From the UHGV virus genome UHGV-0040703: 12,371 bases of DNA; one strand, 5' to 3'. A program made the translations under genes and the position numbers. This document shows positions 1-7,602 of this stretch, piece by piece. Position 1 is the stretch's first letter. Every line of letters starts with the position of its first letter. This stretch comes from a virus. The notes beneath the pieces were generated by a model, which was given only the letters and a program-made list of their open reading frames with translations, searched no databases and was not told the origin of the DNA.

Positions 1-57
1 AAAACACAACCCGCTACGGGGGAGACTTACCCGAAATCTGATTTATTCAACAAAGCC
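1..57. mobile_element. End (terminal inverted repeat plus adjacent interior) of an IS903-family insertion sequence; the element body lies left of the window
   Basis: Reverse complement of 40..57 is GGCTTTGTTGAATAAATC, the 18-bp terminal IR of IS903 as recalled from Tn903-derived vectors. Sequence beyond the IR differs from the Tn903 IRL end, so this is the other end or a close relative. The IR abuts an interrupted hsdS frame at 58. Confidence 0.6.
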
Positions 58-124
58 CCCCCAATGGCAACCACTCAACCTCAACCCCATCCAGCAATTT
101 TTCCAGATAACTCATCTCGCTCAT
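58..124 (-). pseudogene. hsdS: 5' remnant of a type I specificity subunit gene (hsdS), 22 codons, truncated by the IS end
   Basis: Minus-strand ATG at 124..122 overlaps the hsdM stop (ATGA) and encodes [22 protein letters not shown], which matches the recalled EcoR124-type HsdS N-terminus. The frame runs straight into the IS IR, then stops after 3 codons. Confidence 0.55.
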
Positions 125-1683
125 TTCTGCACCTCGCAGCCTTCAATTTCAGCCACAATCGCATCAATATCTTTGCGCAACTGGTCGATTTTGCTGACCG
201 TGGTTTTCAGTTCTGCATTCAACTCAGCGATATCGATAATTTCGCGAGTATCTTTCGCTTCCACATAGCTGCTCACTGACAGGTTATAGTCATTAGCGAC
301 AACGGTCTCAAACGCGACAGATTTCGCCAGATGAGCAACATCTTCCTTGCTGGCAAATACCTGCATAATCTGTTCGATATGGGCATCGGTCAGGATATTG
401 TTGTTAGTCTCTTTTTTGAATAGCTCGCTGGCGTCAATAAACTGAACGTTGGTATCGGTTTTATGTTTAGACAGCACCAGAATGTTTACGGCAATGGTGG
501 TGCCAAAGAACAGGTTCGGAGCCAGTGAAATCACGGTTTCGACATAGTTATTATCGACCAGATACTGACGGATTTTCTGCTCCGCGCCGCCACGGTAAAA
601 AATACCCGGGAAGCAGACAATCGCAGCACGACCTTTGGCCGAAAGATAGTTCAGCGCATGTAATACAAACGCAAAGTCAGCTTTGGATTTGGGGGCCAGA
701 ACGCCAGCCGGGGCAAAACGTTCATCGTTAATCAGCGTCGGGTCATCGCTGCCAATCCATTTCACCGAATACGGCGGGTTAGAAACGATGGCATCAAACG
801 GTTTTTCATCTCTGAAGTGCGGTTCAGTCAGCGTATTGCCCAGCTTGATATCAAACTTGTCGTAGTTGATGTTGTGCAAAAACATGTTCATACGCGCCAG
901 GTTATAGGTCGTATGGTTGATTTCCTGACCAAAAAAACCTTCTTCGATGATATGGTCATCAAACTGTTTTTTAGCCTGCAACAACAGCGAACCGGAGCCT
1001 GCTGCCGGGTCGTAGATTTTGTTAACGTGGGTCTGCCCGTGCATAGCCAGTTGTGCAATCAGCTTAGAGACGTGCTGCGGTGTAAAGAACTCGCCGCCTG
1101 ACTTACCGGCATTTGCCGCATAGTTAGAGATCAGGAACTCATAGGCATCACCGAACAGGTCAATCTGATGTTCGTTGAAGTCACCAAGTTTTAACCCTTC
1201 AACCCCTTTCAGAACCGCAGCCAGGCGGGCATTTTTATCTTTAACGGTGTTACCCAGGCGGTTACTGGTGGTATCGAAATCAGCAAACAAACCTTTGATG
1301 TCAGCTTCTGAAGGATAACCGTAAGCAGAACTTTCGATAGCAACGAAGATGCTGTTTAAATCTGCATTCAGTCTGTCATTGGTATTTGCTTTCGCAGCCA
1401 CGTTGCAGAAAAGCTGACTTGGGTAGATGAAGTAGCCTTTGGTTTTGATGGCATCGTCTTTAATGTCATCAGTAATTACGCTGTCATCCAGTTTCGCATA
1501 ACAGATACTGTCATCACCGGCTTCAATATAACTGGAAAAATTTTCGCTGATAAAACGGTAGAAAAGTGCGCCCAGAACGTATTGCTTAAAATCCCATCCA
1601 TCGACCGAACCCCTGACATCGTTAGCAATTTGCCAGATTTGACGATGAAGCTCTGCACGTTGTTGAATACTTGTCATTTTCAT
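121..1683 (-). CDS. hsdM: Type I restriction-modification DNA methyltransferase subunit HsdM (N6-adenine), EcoR124-like type IC family
   Basis: 520-aa ORF with AdoMet-binding motif [10 protein letters not shown] and catalytic NPPY (in SNPPYSVKW). N-terminus [25 protein letters not shown] matches the recalled R124-family HsdM. Its stop overlaps the hsdS start. Confidence 0.9.
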   Translation of the reverse strand: MKMTSIQQRAELHRQIWQIANDVRGSVDGWDFKQYVLGALFYRFISENFSSYIEAGDDSICYAKLDDSVITDDIKDDAIKTKGYFIYPSQLFCNVAAKANTNDRLNADLNSIFVAIESSAYGYPSEADIKGLFADFDTTSNRLGNTVKDKNARLAAVLKGVEGLKLGDFNEHQIDLFGDAYEFLISNYAANAGKSGGEFFTPQHVSKLIAQLAMHGQTHVNKIYDPAAGSGSLLLQAKKQFDDHIIEEGFFGQEINHTTYNLARMNMFLHNINYDKFDIKLGNTLTEPHFRDEKPFDAIVSNPPYSVKWIGSDDPTLINDERFAPAGVLAPKSKADFAFVLHALNYLSAKGRAAIVCFPGIFYRGGAEQKIRQYLVDNNYVETVISLAPNLFFGTTIAVNILVLSKHKTDTNVQFIDASELFKKETNNNILTDAHIEQIMQVFASKEDVAHLAKSVAFETVVANDYNLSVSSYVEAKDTREIIDIAELNAELKTTVSKIDQLRKDIDAIVAEIEGCEVQK

Positions 1684-1822
1684 CCACTTATTTCAGGCTT
1701 ATGTAATTGGATGTGATTCTACAGCAACTTGGATGCTTTAGCAGTTCGGACATTAGGCTACGAATGACCTGCCTAGAGGTTTGTTAAGCCGCAAAGTGCT
1801 GGTGCTTTATGCCTGTGAAGTT

Positions 1823-1853
1823 TATAATTGTGTACACATAACGAGTACACGAG
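1823..1853 (+). promoter_or_regulatory. phd/doc promoter -10 and operator palindromes
   Basis: TATAAT at 1823..1828, immediately followed by the perfect 10-bp palindrome TGTGTACACA (1829..1838) and a second GTACAC site (1845..1850), just upstream of the phd start. Consistent with Phd/Doc autoregulation at palindromic operators. Confidence 0.55.
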
Positions 1854-1859
1854 GTGTTT

Positions 1860-2081
1860 ATGCAATCCATTAACTTCCGTACCGCGCGTGGCAACCTTTC
1901 TGAAGTGCTCAACAATGTTGAGGCCGGGGAAGAGGTTGAAATCACCCGCAGAGGCCGTGAGCCAGCAGTAATTGTCAGCAAGGCTACTTTCGAAGCCTAC
2001 AAAAAAGCGGCGCTGGATGCTGAATTTGCATCCCTGTTTGACACCCTGGACTCCACCAACAAGGAACTGGTTAACCGATAA
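1860..2081 (+). CDS. phd: Phd antitoxin (prevent host death), 73 aa
   Basis: Translation [49 protein letters not shown]... matches recalled P1 Phd. Its stop overlaps the doc start (TAATG). Confidence 0.95.
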   Translation: MQSINFRTARGNLSEVLNNVEAGEEVEITRRGREPAVIVSKATFEAYKKAALDAEFASLFDTLDSTNKELVNR

Positions 2082-2461
2082 TGAGGCATATATCACCGGA
2101 AGAACTTATTGCGCTTCATGATGCGAATATAAACCGCTACGGCGGCCTGCCGGGAATGTCAGATCCGGGTAGGGCAGAGGCCATTATCGGGAGAGTTCAG
2201 GCCAGAGTTGCCTACGAAGAGATCACCGACCTTTTCGAAGTCTCCGCCACCTACCTGGTGGCTACGGCGAGAGGGCATATATTCAATGATGCCAATAAGC
2301 GTACCGCGCTAAACAGTGCGCTGTTATTTCTACGCCGTAACGGGGTGCAGGTATTTGATTCACCTGAACTGGCAGACCTTACCGTAGGGGCTGCGACTGG
2401 CGAGATATCTGTATCTTCTGTCGCCGCCACGTTACGTAGATTGTATGGTTCTGCGGAGTAG
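2081..2461 (+). CDS. doc: Doc toxin (death on curing; Fic-fold kinase targeting EF-Tu), 126 aa
   Basis: 126-aa [28 protein letters not shown]... translationally coupled to phd; matches recalled P1 Doc. Confidence 0.95.
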   Translation: MRHISPEELIALHDANINRYGGLPGMSDPGRAEAIIGRVQARVAYEEITDLFEVSATYLVATARGHIFNDANKRTALNSALLFLRRNGVQVFDSPELADLTVGAATGEISVSSVAATLRRLYGSAE

Positions 2462-2465
2462 ATTA

Positions 2466-2645
2466 ATGGCACGCAAATACAACAAATTGTCCCGTGAAGC
2501 GTTAAAGATGCTTCTTGATGGCGTGAGTCGCCGCAAGGTAAAGCAATACCTGGTTGGTAAGCAAATTGGTGCCAGGACCGCTATTGCTGTGTTATGCCGT
2601 CAGGAAATGGCTGTGCTTAAACAGAGAATGCCGGGCAGCAGATAA
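2466..2645 (+). CDS. pdcB: Small basic protein, probable HTH DNA-binding (post-doc gene pdcB-like), 59 aa
   Basis: ATG at 2466 preceded by GGAG. Position immediately downstream of doc matches the P1 gene order phd-doc-pdcB-pdcA-lpa. Identity is assigned by synteny, not by remembered sequence. Confidence 0.6.
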   Translation: MARKYNKLSREALKMLLDGVSRRKVKQYLVGKQIGARTAIAVLCRQEMAVLKQRMPGSR

Positions 2646-2672
2646 AGCCCAATCAGTGATTAAAGGTGTGAT

Positions 2673-3716
2673 GTGAAAGCCGTAATTACTCCCTTTGTAC
2701 AGAAAGAGCTTGGCCTCGCCACGTTCAAAGTGGATCAGGAGGTCAGAAAGCTGGTGGAGGCTGGCCGTAAATTTATTATGGAGCCGGTGCCGCGTGAGTT
2801 AATCGAGCACATGGAAGACGGCCTCGTTGTTACCGAGCAAACCATGGCAACAAATGAGGCGTTGCAGCCGTTTTTTAACAGCGATGAACTGTTTCGCCGT
2901 ATTGGTGGAATTGACGCGCTGGTGGCGTGGTTGCGTAGGAAAGAGGGTCAATGCCAGGCCGCAGATCGTAGTTGGTGTGACAACCATATTGTCCACGCTG
3001 AACGAGACAATAGCGCTGTGTTGTTGTGCTGGCATCACGATAACCATTACCGGATGCGTGGTTTTAATGAGCTGAAAGAAACGCTGCACAATAATCGCGT
3101 TAACTGGATACTGGATGTCGCCCGTCAGGAAATGGGCCTTTCAAATAGCCATGATTTAAGTATTCAGGAGCTGTGCTGGTGGGCTTTCATGCGCAACATG
3201 ATGCACCTGATGCCGGAAGAAGTCTGCCGCATATCAATAAATAAGATGAAGGCTACTCCGCAGGATAGCGGACCTCTGAAAGAGGCGGATATTCGCCCGT
3301 ATGACGATCGCGCTACAGCATATGTTCAGATGATGGAAGAACGCGCCGCGCCGATGCGTGCAAAAGTATGCCCTGTGGATGTTGACTCCGACCCAGGTAT
3401 GGCGCATTTCAAAATACCAAAACTTCAATCGCTAAAATTGCCCGAGTACATGGACTTTGTGGCTTCCCGTCCATGCTGTGGCTGTGGAGCTGCGGGAGCT
3501 GGCGCTCACATTACGCCTTATATCGTTCGTCATAGTCGATTATGCGCGCATGACATTTATGCTATTCCTCTGTGCCAGTCATGCCAGCGTGATATTGAGC
3601 GTGACCGCGATAATTGGGAGAAGACGCACGGCAGGCTGGCGATGCATCAACGATTGTTCTTTGATTACGCGCTTGGAGTCGGCGCTATCACAAGTCACTC
3701 GTCGAGCGTTAGATAA
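2673..3716 (+). CDS. pdcA: Post-doc protein PdcA-like, 347 aa, with two Cys/His-rich clusters (possible zinc-binding, HNH-like)
   Basis: GTG start at 2673 with upstream AAAGGTG. Long ORF with Cys/His clusters around residues 94-125 and 270-305. Assigned by synteny between doc and lpa. Confidence 0.65.
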   Translation: MKAVITPFVQKELGLATFKVDQEVRKLVEAGRKFIMEPVPRELIEHMEDGLVVTEQTMATNEALQPFFNSDELFRRIGGIDALVAWLRRKEGQCQAADRSWCDNHIVHAERDNSAVLLCWHHDNHYRMRGFNELKETLHNNRVNWILDVARQEMGLSNSHDLSIQELCWWAFMRNMMHLMPEEVCRISINKMKATPQDSGPLKEADIRPYDDRATAYVQMMEERAAPMRAKVCPVDVDSDPGMAHFKIPKLQSLKLPEYMDFVASRPCCGCGAAGAGAHITPYIVRHSRLCAHDIYAIPLCQSCQRDIERDRDNWEKTHGRLAMHQRLFFDYALGVGAITSHSSSVR

Positions 3717-3717
3717 A

Positions 3718-3760
3718 ATTGCTCTAATGTATTGCTATTTCTTTAATCAAGGGTATTATA
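3718..3760 (+). promoter_or_regulatory. C1 operator overlapping a sigma70-like promoter for lpa
   Basis: ATTGCTCTAATGTATTG (3718..3734) matches 14 of 17 positions of the asymmetric C1 operator consensus ATTGCTCTAATAAATTT. -35 TTGCTA (3732..3737), 16-17 bp spacer, -10 TATTAT/ATTATA (3754..3760). Confidence 0.6.
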
Positions 3761-3804
3761 TTCGTCGTTGATTAGTTGACATGGGCTAATCAGTAGGTGA
3801 CAGG

Positions 3805-4257
3805 ATGTTACTTAACTGGCAGGGACGCCACTTCATGGAAATAAATCACTCACGAATAACATCGTACGAGATTGCGGATTACATGATCCGCACTAAATCT
3901 CTTCTATCAGCGAAAGAACTCGCAGCAATTCTTGAAAAGGAATACCCGCATCTGGATGTCGATAAGCGCGATGTTTATCTGCGCTTAAAGGCTATCGCTG
4001 TGTCTAAGTATTCGTCTGTTTTGATTGATGACAGTACACGCCCACGTAGATTTCAGATCCACTCTCTGAATCCTGAATTCTTTCGCCGTAGCCGCGCTCC
4101 GCGCCGGTTTGATGAAAAACTCCAGAACGAACTCTATATGACGCAGGACGAAAAGGAACGCCGGGAGCACCAGCCTTGGGTAATGGCGCGTCAACTTTTC
4201 AATAAGGTGGCCCGTCAGCACCGTCATTACGGTAATGCCACATCCGCACGTATCTGA
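3805..4257 (+). CDS. lpa: Late promoter activator Lpa (gene 10 product), about 150 aa
   Basis: ORF MLLNWQGRHFMEINHSRITSYEIADYMIRTK... with AGGTGA SD before the ATG at 3805 (alternative in-frame ATG at 3835). Position between pdcA and pacA and an upstream C1 operator fit P1 lpa. Confidence 0.8.
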   Translation: MLLNWQGRHFMEINHSRITSYEIADYMIRTKSLLSAKELAAILEKEYPHLDVDKRDVYLRLKAIAVSKYSSVLIDDSTRPRRFQIHSLNPEFFRRSRAPRRFDEKLQNELYMTQDEKERREHQPWVMARQLFNKVARQHRHYGNATSARI

Positions 4258-4280
4258 TTGATTGCTTGCCCGTTCCGGGC

Positions 4281-4330
4281 CTTTTGACATGTGACTTTCG
4301 TTACCCTCGCGTCAAAAAGAGTTTTATACG
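4281..4330 (+). promoter_or_regulatory. Candidate promoter region upstream of pacA (possibly an Lpa-dependent late promoter)
   Basis: Perfect TTGACA at 4284..4289; imperfect inverted repeat CTTTTGAC (4281..4288) / GTCAAAAA (4311..4318); TTATAC at 4324..4329 about 15 nt before the pacA SD (AAAGGAAG). Confidence 0.3.
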
Positions 4331-4343
4331 AAAGGAAGCATAA

Positions 4344-5537
4344 GTGACCTGGGACGATCACAAGAAGAATTTTGCTCGCCTGGCGCGAGATGGTGGTTAC
4401 ACCATCGCACAATATGCCGCCGAGTTTAATCTCAACCCAAACACCGCACGTCGTTATCTCCGTGCATTCAAAGAAGACACCGGAACAGCGGACAGCCGTA
4501 AGCCAAATAAGCCTGTCAGAAAACCACTAAAAAGCATGATCATTGATCACGCTAATGATCAACGTGCAAGTGATCACATTGTGGCTGAAATGGCTGAAAA
4601 ACAAAGAGTTAATGCTGTTGTCAGTGCCGCAGTCGAGAACGCTAAGCGCCAAAATAAGCGCATAAATGATCGTTCTGATGATCATGACGTGATCACCCGC
4701 GCCCACCGGACCTTACGTGATCGCCTGGAACGCGACACCCTGGATGATGATGGTGAACGCTTTGAATTCGAAGCTGGCGATTACCTGATAGATAACGTTG
4801 AAGCGCGGAAGGCCGCGCGCGCTATGTTGCGTCGATCCGGGGCCGATGTTCTGGAAACCACTCTTCTGGAAAAGTCTCTTTCTCATCTCCTTATGCTGGA
4901 GAACGCCAGGGATACGTGTATTCGCCTGGTGCAGGAAATGCGCGATCAGCAAAAAGACGATGATGAAGGTACTCCGCCTGAATACCGTATCGCGAGCATG
5001 CTAAACAGCTGTTCCGCGCAGATAAGCAGTCTGATCAACACCATTTACAGCATCCGGAATAACTATCGAAAAGAAAGCCGGGAGGCGGAAAAGCACGCTT
5101 TGTCTATGGGGCAAGCTGGCATTGTTAAGCTGGCATACGAACGAAAGCGTGAAAATAACTGGTCAGTGCTGGAAGCAGCTGAATTCATCGAGGCGCATGG
5201 CGGGAAAGTGCCGCCCCTGATGCTGGAGCAAATCAAAGCCGATCTGCGTGCTCCTAAGACCAATACCGATGATGAGGAAAGGCAAACAGCCGTCGGTGGC
5301 CCTTCTCTTGAAGATCTGGACAAAGTTGCGCGAGAACGGGCCGCCAACCGCCGCGCCGATGCCGCATTGTGGATTGAGCAGCGTAGGGAAGAAATCGCCG
5401 ATATCGTTGATACAGGCGGTTATGGAGATGTTGATACTGAAGGTGTATCAAACGACCCATGGCTGGAACAAGACCTGGACGAAGACGAGGAGGAAGACGA
5501 AGAAGTTACCCGCAAGCTATACGGGGATGATGATTAA
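4344..5537 (+). CDS. pacA: Packaging protein PacA (pacase/terminase small subunit), 397 aa
   Basis: GTG start with AAAGGAAG SD; translation [39 protein letters not shown]... The pac hexamer repeats lie inside its 5' portion, as in P1. Confidence 0.9.
   Translation: MTWDDHKKNFARLARDGGYTIAQYAAEFNLNPNTARRYLRAFKEDTGTADSRKPNKPVRKPLKSMIIDHANDQRASDHIVAEMAEKQRVNAVVSAAVENAKRQNKRINDRSDDHDVITRAHRTLRDRLERDTLDDDGERFEFEAGDYLIDNVEARKAARAMLRRSGADVLETTLLEKSLSHLLMLENARDTCIRLVQEMRDQQKDDDEGTPPEYRIASMLNSCSAQISSLINTIYSIRNNYRKESREAEKHALSMGQAGIVKLAYERKRENNWSVLEAAEFIEAHGGKVPPLMLEQIKADLRAPKTNTDDEERQTAVGGPSLEDLDKVARERAANRRADAALWIEQRREEIADIVDTGGYGDVDTEGVSNDPWLEQDLDEDEEEDEEVTRKLYGDDD
4544..4733 (+). repeat. P1 pac site: seven TGATCA/TGATCG hexamers (each with a Dam GATC) in clusters of 3 and 4
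   Basis: Hexamers at 4544, 4556, 4571 and at 4667, 4679, 4690, 4728. The 3+4 arrangement flanking the cleavage region matches the described P1 pac site. Confidence 0.85.
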
Positions 5538-7021
5538 TGGCCAGAAGTTGCGTAACGGATCCACGTTGGCGCGAGTTGGTGGCGCTATATCGTTATGACT
5601 GGATTGCGGCCGCTGATGTTTTGTTCGGCAAAACACCTACCTGGCAGCAGGATCTGATTATTGAGTCTGTGCAGGAACAGGGTAGCAAGACATCTGTTTC
5701 GTCTGGTCACGGTACCGGGAAATCAGACATGACTTCTATCATGATCATGTTGTTCATAATCATGTATCCCGGTGCCCGTGCCATTATCGTTGCGAACAAA
5801 ATTCAGCAGGTAATGACCGGTATATTCAAGTACATCAAGATAAACTGGGCTACGGCCACCAGCCGTTTTCCGTGGCTTGCTGATTATTTTGTTCTGACAG
5901 AAACCGCTTTTTATGAAGTTACTGGTAAAGGTGTATGGACTGTAGTACCGAAGGGCTTTCGTCTGGGAAGTGAATAAGCTCTCGCAGGTGAACACGCAGA
6001 TCATCTTCTGTATATTATCGATGAAGCCTCCGGTGTCAGTGATAGAGCTTTCGGTATCATCACCGGTGCTCTTACCGGACAGGATAACCGCATCTTATTG
6101 CTGTCACAGCCTACACGCCCAAGCGGCTATTTCTACGATACTCACCATAAACTGGCCAAGCGTCCTGGTAACCCTGATGGCGTTTATACGGCGATCACGC
6201 TTAACAGTGAGGAATCACCGCTGGTAACGCCAGCATTTATCAAAATGAAGCTGGCGGAGTACGGCGGGCGTGATAACCCTATGTACATGATTAAGGTACG
6301 CGGACTATTCCCTAAATCACAGGATGGCTTCCTTCTTGGACGTGATGAGGTTGAACGTGCGACGCGGCGGAAAGTCAAGATTGCCAAAGGATGGGGCTGG
6401 CTTGCATGTGTGGACGTTGCTGGTGGTACGGGACGGGATAAGTCCGTTATCAATATCATGATGGTGTCCGGCCAGAGAAATAAACGCCGTGTAATCAACT
6501 ATCGAATGCTGGAATACACAGACGTTACAGAAACGCAGCTTGCCGCCAAAATTTTCGCAGAATGTAATCCTGAGCGATTCCCAAATATCACCATAGCGAT
6601 AGACGGCGATGGCCTGGGTAAAGCAACGGCGGATCTGATGTACGAGTATTATGGTATTACCGTACAGCGTATACGCTGGGGTAAAAAGATGCATAGCCGT
6701 GAAGATAAGAGCCTGTACTTTGATAAACGTGCTTATGCCAACGTTCAAGCCGCAGAGGCCGTAAAATCTGGTCGTATGAGACTGGATAAGGGTAATGAAA
6801 CTATTGAGGAAGCGTCGAAAATCCCTGTAGGGATTAACTCCGCGGGTCAATGGAAAGTGATGAGTAAGGAGGATATGAAGAAAAAACTCAACCTGCACTC
6901 ACCAGACCATTGGGATACATATTGTTTCGCTATGCTGGCGGATTATGTTCCTCAGGATGAAGTGCTTAGCGTCGAAGACGAAGCGCAGGTTGATGAAGCT
7001 CTGGCATGGCTTAATGAATGA
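5537..7021 (+). pseudogene. pacB: pacB (terminase large subunit), interrupted by an in-frame TAA at 5975..5977
   Basis: One frame from 5537 to 7021 gives 494 codons, but codon 147 is TAA (..GFRLGSE*). The N-terminal fragment carries Walker A-like SGHGTGKS; the same frame resumes after the stop with [20 protein letters not shown] (Walker B). The ORF track splits it into 5537..5977 and 6098..7021. Confidence 0.75.
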
Positions 7022-7024
7022 ACA

Positions 7025-7067
7025 TTTGCTCTAATGAATTGTGTTTTTTAACTACCGATGTTACATT
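7025..7067 (+). promoter_or_regulatory. C1 operator-like 17-mer overlapping a candidate sigma70 promoter reading rightward
   Basis: TTTGCTCTAATGAATTG (7025..7041) matches 14 of 17 consensus positions. -35 TTGTGT (7039..7044), 17-bp spacer, -10 TACATT (7062..7067). Confidence 0.5.
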
Positions 7068-7173
7068 GAACCTGACCTCTTGCGCCTTGAGGCATTTTCG
7101 GTTTATGCTTATCAGGCACCTCATTAAAACGGGTGCCGGGATTGAGACCCCGGATAATGCAAAAGGCGACACA

Positions 7174-7195
7174 GACGCCAAAAGCGTCTTTTTTT
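7174..7195 (+). terminator. Rho-independent terminator (plus-strand)
   Basis: Stem AGACGC/GCGTCT around loop CAAAA, followed by T7 (7189..7195). Confidence 0.6.
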
Positions 7196-7221
7196 GTGTC
7201 ATGCCATCGCACAGCCATACG

Positions 7222-7340
7222 TAGCGTTTAGCTCAGAGATCAATGGTAGTGCTGGCTGGGCTGCCGAAAGGCAGGCCGGTTCCCTTTTGCGCCGGTAGTC
7301 TCAACCCAGTCAGTGCTACCGCCATTGAGATTGAGACCTC
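7222..7340 (+). ncRNA. Candidate structured regulatory RNA (c4-type antisense RNA candidate) upstream of the small ORF/antirepressor pair
   Basis: Long imperfect helix 7241..7260 with 7304..7326; internal GNRA hairpin CTGCC-GAAA-GGCAG (7261..7274); tRNA-like TAGCTCAG at 7229..7236. Two segments complement the downstream translation-initiation region: CCTTTTGC (7284..7291) with the SD GCAAAAGG (7362..7369), and CAATGG (7241..7246) with CCATTG (7376..7381) at the start codon. Confidence 0.4.
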
Positions 7341-7380
7341 ACGCGGTAGCTCCTTAAATTAGCAAAAGGAGGCTGCCATT

Positions 7381-7602
7381 GTGGCTACTATCCCTACCCC
7401 TGCTCATTCTGAATTTATCTGGCGCTTTTACTCCTGCCAAAAACGTCACTATCACTTCGTTATTGCACCGACAGAAGATGAGGCACGTTCTCAGCTTCCG
7501 GATGCTCCCTGTATTTTCTCTGCCCGCTTTTCTACCGATTCGCGCAATTCTCTCAGTTACTGGTGCCTCCCTATTAACGCTTCTGCTCAGGAGGGACTAT
7601 GA
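7381..7602 (+). CDS. Small protein, 73 codons, translationally coupled to the downstream antirepressor-like gene (icd-like position in an immI-type operon)
   Basis: GTG at 7381 eight nt after AAGGAGG (7366..7372); its stop overlaps the next ATG (ATGA at 7599..7602). An overlapping TTG-initiated frame (7379..7624) is the alternative. Confidence 0.45.
   Translation: MATIPTPAHSEFIWRFYSCQKRHYHFVIAPTEDEARSQLPDAPCIFSARFSTDSRNSLSYWCLPINASAQEGL

Noticed and set aside
64-279. 71-aa plus-strand ORF at the left edge
   Set aside because: Antisense to the hsdS/hsdM junction and starting inside the IS/hsdS boundary; no SD.
2799-3089. Antisense and alternative-frame ORFs inside pdcA (2799..3089, 2827..3075, 3234..3428, 3457..3771)
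   Set aside because: Nested within or antisense to the longer pdcA frame; no independent start signals.
6317-6898. 193-aa minus-strand ORF, with other antisense ORFs in pacA/pacB (4713..4952, 5063..5347, 5254..5460, 5723..6004, 6184..6498)
   Set aside because: They lie entirely antisense to conserved packaging genes, have no credible SD and are typical shadow ORFs.
7222-7340. Possible tRNA gene, because of the TAGCTCAG D-arm-like motif
   Set aside because: No acceptor stem, no GTTCGA-type T-arm and no cloverleaf; the fold is an extended hairpin, so it is treated as a structured regulatory RNA.
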